Shown: piece by piece, positions 36,993 to 42,722 of the stretch
How positions within the stretch are numbered: position 1 is the first letter of the stretch
Layout: every line of letters starts with the position of its first letter
From: Clostridiaceae bacterium
GTDB lineage: Bacteria; Bacillota; Clostridia; Saccharofermentanales; Fastidiosipilaceae
Direction: 5' to 3'
DNA length: 42,722 nt
Assembly (NCBI GenBank): GCA_012800655.1
Contig: JAAZIX010000082.1
Coordinates: 1 to 42,722 of the forward strand
Notes under the pieces: generated by a model
What the model saw: only the letters and a program-made list of their open reading frames with translations
What the model was told of the DNA's origin: nothing
The model's database searches: none
Made by a program: the position numbers and the translations under genes

Positions 36993-38597
36993 ATGCCGCA
37001 AAAGAAAAAGTTTTATATCACCACGCCGATTTATTACGCCAGCGGACGCCCGCATATAGGGCACTCCTATACGACCGTGCTTGCTGATGCGCTGGCGCGT
37101 TGGCAACGCTACAAAGGGACGGACGTAATGTTCCTGACCGGTCTGGACGAGCACGGCGAGAAGGTTGAGGAAAAGGCCCGCCTCGCAGGTATGGAGCCGC
37201 AGGAATATGTCGATAAGATAAACGAGGATTATGTAGAGGTCTGGAAAAAGCTCGACATCAGCTATGATCGCTATATCCGTACCACCGACGCGGATCATAT
37301 GCGGCGGGTACAGGCGATCTTCCAGCGTCTGGTCGACAGCGGCGATATATACCCCGGTTCATACGAGGGGCTGTACTGCACACCCTGTGAGGCCTACTGG
37401 CTTCCCTCCCAGCTTGACGAGGACGGTAACTGTCCGGACTGCCACCGCGAACTGCGGAGGATGAGCGAACCGAGTTATTTCTTCCGTCTCAGCAAATATC
37501 AAAAACCGCTGGAGGAACTATTTGCCCGCGAGGATCCCTTCCTCGTTCCGTCCGGCAGCGCCAGAGAAATGATCAATAATTTTCTCAAGCCCGGTCTGCA
37601 GGATTTGGCGGTTACCCGCTCGGCATTTGACTGGGGCGTAGTCGCGCCCAACGATCCTAGATTCGTCATTTATGTCTGGATCGACGCTCTGTTGAATTAC
37701 ATTACGGCGATGGGCTATCCCGATAAAATTGCCGATATGGAACGCTACTGGCCGGCCGATATTCAACTGGTCGGGCGTGAGATTGTACGCTTCCATACAT
37801 TGATTTGGCCGGCTTTCCTGATGGCGCTGGATTTGCCGGTGCCGAAGAAGGTCTATGCCCACGGCTGGCTACTCTTCGATAATGTCAAAATGTCCAAATC
37901 GCTCGGCAACGTCGTTGATCCGCTGGTTCTGGCCGAGCGCTACGGCGTCGACAGCATTCGCTATTATCTGCTCAGCGAAATGGGCTTCGGTGCCGACGGG
38001 TCGTACACGAACTCGGATTTTCTACAGCGTATCAATACGGATTTAGTTAATAATCTGGGGAATTTACTCAGCCGGACGACGGCGATGATCAATAAATATT
38101 TTGACGGAGTGCTTCCGGATGTTTCAAATGCCGAGTGCGGTTCAGAGGAGAGCGAATGGGATTTAGATTTGCGCAATGTCGGCGAGGGTCTGTTCCATCA
38201 GGTGGATACGGCGATGGCCGAACCGCGCGCCGCCGCCGCACTGGATTATATATTCACCTTTGCCGCGCGTTGCAACAAATATATTGACTTGACCGAGCCA
38301 TGGGTTCTCGGGCGCGATCCCGCTCGCAGAGACAGATTGGCCGTCGTGTTGCGCAATTTGGGTGACGGATTGCGGATTATTGCCGCGCTTTTGCAGGCTT
38401 TTCTGCCGCGGACGGCGGCGGTGATGGCGGAGGCTCTGGGACTGAGCGCCGCGCCGGAGCAACTGAGCTGGGAGCGGGTGCAACTCTGGGGAGTATGGCA
38501 GCCGGCAGAAAAAATTACCGGGGGCGTGCATTTGTTCAGTCGCCTGGATGTAGATGCGGAAATAGAGGCTTTGAATAAAATATACAGCGAGCAATAA
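36993..38597 (+). CDS. metG: Methionine--tRNA ligase (short form, without the C-terminal tRNA-binding domain)
   Basis: HIGH motif RPHIGHSY, KMSKS motif VKMSKSLGN, and zinc knuckle CTPCEAY...CPDCHREL. Confidence 0.96.
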   Translation: MPQKKKFYITTPIYYASGRPHIGHSYTTVLADALARWQRYKGTDVMFLTGLDEHGEKVEEKARLAGMEPQEYVDKINEDYVEVWKKLDISYDRYIRTTDADHMRRVQAIFQRLVDSGDIYPGSYEGLYCTPCEAYWLPSQLDEDGNCPDCHRELRRMSEPSYFFRLSKYQKPLEELFAREDPFLVPSGSAREMINNFLKPGLQDLAVTRSAFDWGVVAPNDPRFVIYVWIDALLNYITAMGYPDKIADMERYWPADIQLVGREIVRFHTLIWPAFLMALDLPVPKKVYAHGWLLFDNVKMSKSLGNVVDPLVLAERYGVDSIRYYLLSEMGFGADGSYTNSDFLQRINTDLVNNLGNLLSRTTAMINKYFDGVLPDVSNAECGSEESEWDLDLRNVGEGLFHQVDTAMAEPRAAAALDYIFTFAARCNKYIDLTEPWVLGRDPARRDRLAVVLRNLGDGLRIIAALLQAFLPRTAAVMAEALGLSAAPEQLSWERVQLWGVWQPAEKITGGVHLFSRLDVDAEIEALNKIYSEQ

Positions 38598-38680
38598 CTT
38601 TACGTACATTTTACAATCATTAGATATAATTTGTGAAGATGCCAGCTGATACAATGCGTTAAGGAGAAAGTTACGCATAT

Positions 38681-39508
38681 ATGTGGATAGATACCCATGC
38701 CCATCTGGACGGTGAGACATATGAAGATGATCTCGCGGCGGTGATTGAGCGCGCCGTGGAGGCAAAGTTACGCCACATCCTTAATATCGGTTGTACGCCG
38801 GAATCCGCGCGGGAGGTGATTGCCCAGGCGCAGGCAATTCCCGGGATCAGCACCGTGATCGGTATGCATCCGCACTATACCAATCAGTGGAATCCCGAGG
38901 CGGAGGCGCAGTATCGGGCGCTATTTGATGATAGGGAGCGCAATCGGATCGTCGCGGTGGGGGAGATCGGCCTGGACTTCCATTATGATTATTCGCCGCG
39001 GGAGCAGCAGAAAGAGGTCTTTATCGCGCAATTGAAGATGGCATACGAGTATGATCTGCCGGTAGTGATCCATAGCCGCGAGGCGCATGCCGAAACGCTG
39101 GAAATATTGACCGCGGCGCGGGTGGGCGGTTATTTGCGCACGGAGCGCACCGGAGTTTTCCACTGCTATTCGGGAAGCCCGGAATTTGCCCAACGCATTT
39201 TACCGCTGGGCTTCTACTTCGGCTTTGACGGACCGATAACCTTCAAAAATGCCCGCATGCCTGTCGCGGCGGCTGCGGCAATTCCCGCCGATCGCCTCAT
39301 GATTGAAACGGATTGCCCGTATTTGACGCCGACGCCTTTCCGCGGAAAGCGCAATGAGCCGGCCTATTTGGCGTATATCGGTGCGAAGCTGGCCGAGATT
39401 CGCGGCATGACCGTCGCCGACTGCGCGGAGATGACAAGCCGGAACGCGCTGGAACTATTCGGCCCGTATCTGGAAACACGGCTCGCCGCCGTATCGGAGA
39501 CGAAATGA
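38681..39508 (+). CDS. TatD-family metal-dependent hydrolase (YabD-like)
   Basis: MWIDTHAHLDGETYEDD..., GEIGLDFHY, VIHSREA, FHCYSG and ETDCPYLTP motifs. The metG-tatD adjacency matches the Bacillus arrangement. Confidence 0.93.
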   Translation: MWIDTHAHLDGETYEDDLAAVIERAVEAKLRHILNIGCTPESAREVIAQAQAIPGISTVIGMHPHYTNQWNPEAEAQYRALFDDRERNRIVAVGEIGLDFHYDYSPREQQKEVFIAQLKMAYEYDLPVVIHSREAHAETLEILTAARVGGYLRTERTGVFHCYSGSPEFAQRILPLGFYFGFDGPITFKNARMPVAAAAAIPADRLMIETDCPYLTPTPFRGKRNEPAYLAYIGAKLAEIRGMTVADCAEMTSRNALELFGPYLETRLAAVSETK

Positions 39509-40461
39509 GTATTGAACCTGTAGCCGTAGTCGATATCGGATCGAACAATATTCGTCTGTCCATATTCGATATATCGGATGGTCGAGCCACCGAGTTGATT
39601 TCCTCGAGAATTGCCGCCGGTCTGAATAACTCTATTATCAAGAACAGCCTGGACGGCGACGGAATTACTAGATTGCTGGAGACTCTGTATCATTTCAAGA
39701 GAATAGTGCAGTCCTTCCGCAATATCCGTGCCGTATATCCTTTCGCGACGGCATCGTTGCGCGACCTGACGAATCAGCCGGAGATTTTGCAACTGGTTCG
39801 CGAACGGATCGGCTGGGAGGTGGAGGTCCTCCCGGTCGCTGACGAGGCGCGCTATGCTTTTCTAGGCGCCACCCGGGGAGAAGTAGATACCGGGGTGTTG
39901 GCGGATATCGGCGGCGGAAGTACGGAAATTATACTGTTCAAAGATAATAAAATGACGCAGTGGTCGGGATTGAAATGCGGTTCTTTGAGCCTGTTCCGTG
40001 ATTTTGTTACTCGTCTGTTGCCGAGTAAACAGGAATACAGCCACCTGCGCGCGGAATTGCGCCGTCGTTTGAAAGAGCTCAATATTAAGAGTGAGCCGCA
40101 ACCGGTTCTCTGCGTGGTTGGCGGTACCGGTCGAGCTGTATTACAATTGTATAATGAAGCGGCTTTCGGTTCCGGCAGTCTGGATATTCTTGCCCGTGAA
40201 ACACCGGATCCGGCCGAACGCACAATACCGGCCGAGATGTTGGGGCGACTGACAGCTTCGCTGATGAATATGGGCGAGCGGGCCGCGGCACGAACCATTC
40301 TACGGGTCAAGCCGGATCGAATTCATACCTTGATGCCGGGTATGATTTTACTTGAGAGTTTGGCAGAGCATTTCCGCGTTCCCAAATTGCTTATCAGTCC
40401 CACCGGAGTGCGTGAAGGGTATTTAATCGAACATTTATTGAGGAAAGAAAATGGAGACTAG
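39505..40461 (+). CDS. ppx: Ppx/GppA-family phosphatase (two-domain short form)
   Basis: ASKHA-fold motifs VVDIGSNNIRLSIFD and LADIGGGSTEI. It lies adjacent to ppk1 and has an ATGA overlap with the tatD-family gene. Confidence 0.85.
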   Translation: MSIEPVAVVDIGSNNIRLSIFDISDGRATELISSRIAAGLNNSIIKNSLDGDGITRLLETLYHFKRIVQSFRNIRAVYPFATASLRDLTNQPEILQLVRERIGWEVEVLPVADEARYAFLGATRGEVDTGVLADIGGGSTEIILFKDNKMTQWSGLKCGSLSLFRDFVTRLLPSKQEYSHLRAELRRRLKELNIKSEPQPVLCVVGGTGRAVLQLYNEAAFGSGSLDILARETPDPAERTIPAEMLGRLTASLMNMGERAAARTILRVKPDRIHTLMPGMILLESLAEHFRVPKLLISPTGVREGYLIEHLLRKENGD

Positions 40462-42722
40462 CCCTGAATTACGAGATAGTGCGAGTGTAGACACACGGTA
40501 TACCCAAAACCGCGAGTTGTCATGGTTGAGGTTCAATCGGAGGGTGCTTTGCGAGGCGGAAACGCCGACCACGCCCTTGCTTGAACGTCTGCGCTTCCTG
40601 TCAATAGTCTGTTCCAATTTGGACGAGTTTTTCATGATTCGGGTCGGAACTTTGCATGATATGGCTGGGGCGCAGGAGCCGATCATCGACAACAAATCCG
40701 GAATGACGCCGCAGCAGCAATTGAAAGCAATTATGCAGACCTGCGTCGATCTATACGTTGACATGGACCACACTTATGTGATGCTCATGAATGAGCTTTA
40801 TAGTGCGGATGTGGTAGAACTGGAAGTTGACGACCTGACGGCCGCCGAGCAGAGCGAAGTGCGTAAGCTGTTCCGAAATTTGATTTTTCCGGTATTGTCG
40901 CCGCAAATAATAGACTGGTCGCATCCTTTCCCGCATCTGACCAATCTGGCGACCCACACCGTTTTCCGCCTGCGCCGTATAGAGCGCGATCCCTACGCCG
41001 ACAATGAGGCGCCCCGCTTTTGGGGACAGGAGCCGTCGGTCCAGACCGACTCGATCGGAATCATCAGCATTCCCGAGATTTTGCCGACGATAATCAGTCT
41101 GACGCCCGACTGCCGTCGTTTCATCAGGACGGAGAAATTGGTTCTCGCTTATGCGGCGGAAATTTTCCTGCATTATAAGATCGAGGAAAGTCTTGTTATT
41201 CGGGTGACCCGCAACGGCGACGTCAGCCCGGATGATGATGATTATATAGAGGGGGATGACGATTTCCGTGACCTCATGAAGCGGATTCTCGATAAGCGCA
41301 AGCGTTTGGCCGCGGTGCGCCTGGAGGTCGACCGAACACCGTCGCCGTATCTGGGCAGCTTCCTGACCGCGCGACTGCAGTTGTCCGCCGATCGGGTCTT
41401 CGTTACCCGCTCACTGATGCGTCCCGCTCTGGCCGATGCGATCATCGATAAGGTGAGTGTGGCGATGCGTGCGGAGCATTCTTTCCCGCCGTTTACACCG
41501 CAAGAGGCAACCGCCGTGGATGCGGATCGCTCTATTATGGAACAACTGCGTGAACGCGACCTGATCCTGTCCTATCCCTACGAATCAATGGATCCGTTTA
41601 TCCGTCTTTTGCGCGAAGCCGTAAGCGATCCGGATGTGCTCTCAATAAAAATCACCATCTACAGACTGGCTGCGGTTTCCAAGGTCGCCGAACAATTAGC
41701 CGCGGCGGCGGAACAAGGCAAGGAAGTAGTTGTGTTGCTGGAACTGCGAGCCCGCTTTGACGAGAAAAACAATATCGACTGGTCGTCGCGTCTGGAATCG
41801 GCCGGCTGCCGGGTTATATACGGCATGGACGGCTACAAAGTACACTCGAAGATTTGTCTGATTACGCGAATGAGTGACGGTCAGATAGAAACCTTCACGC
41901 AAATCGGCACCGGTAATTACAACGAAAAGACGGCGCGGCAGTATACGGACTTCTCTTTCATGACTTCCCGACAGGATATCGGTCGCGACGGCGTGGCCTT
42001 TTTCAACAATATGCTGATCGGCAATCTCGAAGGTCAATATGAACGCCTTCTGGTTGCGCCCCTGTCGTTGCAGGAAGGGCTGGGACGCCTGATTCGCCGT
42101 GAGATAGAGCGTGCCGAGCGCGGTGAAACCGCTCTGATCCGCCTGAAATTGAACTCGATTTCCGATCGACGCATGCTTGACCTGCTACAGGAGGCATCGG
42201 CCGCCGGAGTAAAAGTCGATCTGATGGTTCGCGGTATATGCTGTATCCTGCCCGGGATTGAAGGTTTGACCAAGAATATTCGGATCCAGTCTATTGTCGG
42301 CCGTTTCCTCGAGCATCATCGCGTGTATTGTTTCGGCGCCGGCGAGGACAGTGATATATACATATCCTCGGCCGACTGGATGACGCGCAATATCCGCCGC
42401 CGGGTGGAAATCGCCTGCCCGATTGACGACCCGGAGATCCGCAAATTCCTGCTGGAGTTTATGTCCGTCTGCTTTGCCGATAATATTAAGGGACGCCGCA
42501 TGCTACCGGACGGCAGTCTGACCGAGATGACCCCGGAAGAAGTGGATCGGGAGCGGTTGCCGCCCGCGGCTATTGCCGTCGCACAGGGCGAGTTACCGGC
42601 ACAGCAGTGGTTCATGCGGACCGCTATCGCCGACGCCGAAGCGAAGGCAAAGGAACTCAAGGCGGAAAGAGCGGATGAGCTGGATCGTCGCGCTGCCGCA
42701 CGTTTGGCTCACACACGGAGGA
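40451..42722 (+). CDS. ppk1: Polyphosphate kinase 1, 3'-truncated by the window edge
   Basis: Not in the ORF track because there is no stop in the window. Read manually: METSPELRDSASVDTRYTQNRELSWLRFNRRVLCEAETPTTPLLERLRFLSIVCSNLDEFFMIRV. Downstream are YKVHSKICLITR, GTGNYNEKTARQYTDF and VGRFLEHHRVYCFG...SSADWMTRNIRRRVE. The frame is open to base 42722. It overlaps ppx by 11 nt. Confidence 0.95.
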   Translation, partial: METSPELRDSASVDTRYTQNRELSWLRFNRRVLCEAETPTTPLLERLRFLSIVCSNLDEFFMIRVGTLHDMAGAQEPIIDNKSGMTPQQQLKAIMQTCVDLYVDMDHTYVMLMNELYSADVVELEVDDLTAAEQSEVRKLFRNLIFPVLSPQIIDWSHPFPHLTNLATHTVFRLRRIERDPYADNEAPRFWGQEPSVQTDSIGIISIPEILPTIISLTPDCRRFIRTEKLVLAYAAEIFLHYKIEESLVIRVTRNGDVSPDDDDYIEGDDDFRDLMKRILDKRKRLAAVRLEVDRTPSPYLGSFLTARLQLSADRVFVTRSLMRPALADAIIDKVSVAMRAEHSFPPFTPQEATAVDADRSIMEQLRERDLILSYPYESMDPFIRLLREAVSDPDVLSIKITIYRLAAVSKVAEQLAAAAEQGKEVVVLLELRARFDEKNNIDWSSRLESAGCRVIYGMDGYKVHSKICLITRMSDGQIETFTQIGTGNYNEKTARQYTDFSFMTSRQDIGRDGVAFFNNMLIGNLEGQYERLLVAPLSLQEGLGRLIRREIERAERGETALIRLKLNSISDRRMLDLLQEASAAGVKVDLMVRGICCILPGIEGLTKNIRIQSIVGRFLEHHRVYCFGAGEDSDIYISSADWMTRNIRRRVEIACPIDDPEIRKFLLEFMSVCFADNIKGRRMLPDGSLTEMTPEEVDRERLPPAAIAVAQGELPAQQWFMRTAIADAEAKAKELKAERADELDRRAAARLAHTRR

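Noticed and set aside
38598-38680. Promoter-like hexamers (TATAAT, TGATACAAT) between metG and the tatD-family gene
   Set aside because: No -35 element lies at an acceptable spacing for the TATAAT box. The extended -10 candidate would place the TSS inside the AAGGAG SD. This is too ambiguous to call.

Overview
The window is a co-directional block of about 50 genes, all on the + strand, and it is mostly core housekeeping. Gene order and content point to a Firmicutes/Clostridia-like genome of moderately high GC. This taxonomic call is inferred from synteny alone: adk-map-KOW protein-infA-rpmJ, rplQ-ecfA-ecfT-truA, metG-tatD, ftsEX-M23-Ctp, and a PdaA-like deacetylase.

Layout:
- 1-909: 3' end of a MalK/MsmX-type sugar ABC ATPase.
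- 1135-6881: an accessory-looking trio of an MMPL/RND-type transporter, a 760-aa single-anchor LxxG heptad-repeat (YhgE/Pip-like) protein, and a CdaR/PucR regulator.
- 6890-12075: a cell-envelope module of ftsE-ftsX-M23 peptidase-S41 C-terminal processing protease.
- 12080-16075: a SAM methyltransferase, hslO, a nucleotidyltransferase and a PdaA-like deacetylase lipoprotein.
- 16163-31913: the complete S10-spc-alpha ribosomal protein superoperon with secY, adk, map, infA and rpoA.
- 31972-42722: fused ecfA1A2, ecfT, truA, pncB, metG, a TatD-family gene, ppx, and ppk1, which runs off the 3' edge.

Two genes are missing from the ORF track and were found by reading the sequence: rpmJ (29382-29495) and ppk1 (40451 to the end).

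I found no rRNA or tRNA genes, CRISPR arrays, transposases or integrases, and no recognisable defence or toxin-antitoxin genes. I do not see a convincing new multi-gene system. The most interesting items are:
- a long structured leader with a terminator-like hairpin upstream of rpsJ;
- lineage-specific ribosomal protein oddities: no rpmD, a Cys4 motif in uL24, and large extensions or insertions in uL22 and bL17;
- a roughly 40-aa basic insertion in FtsE;
- the uncharacterised MMPL plus heptad-repeat protein pair;
- a fused EcfA1-EcfA2.
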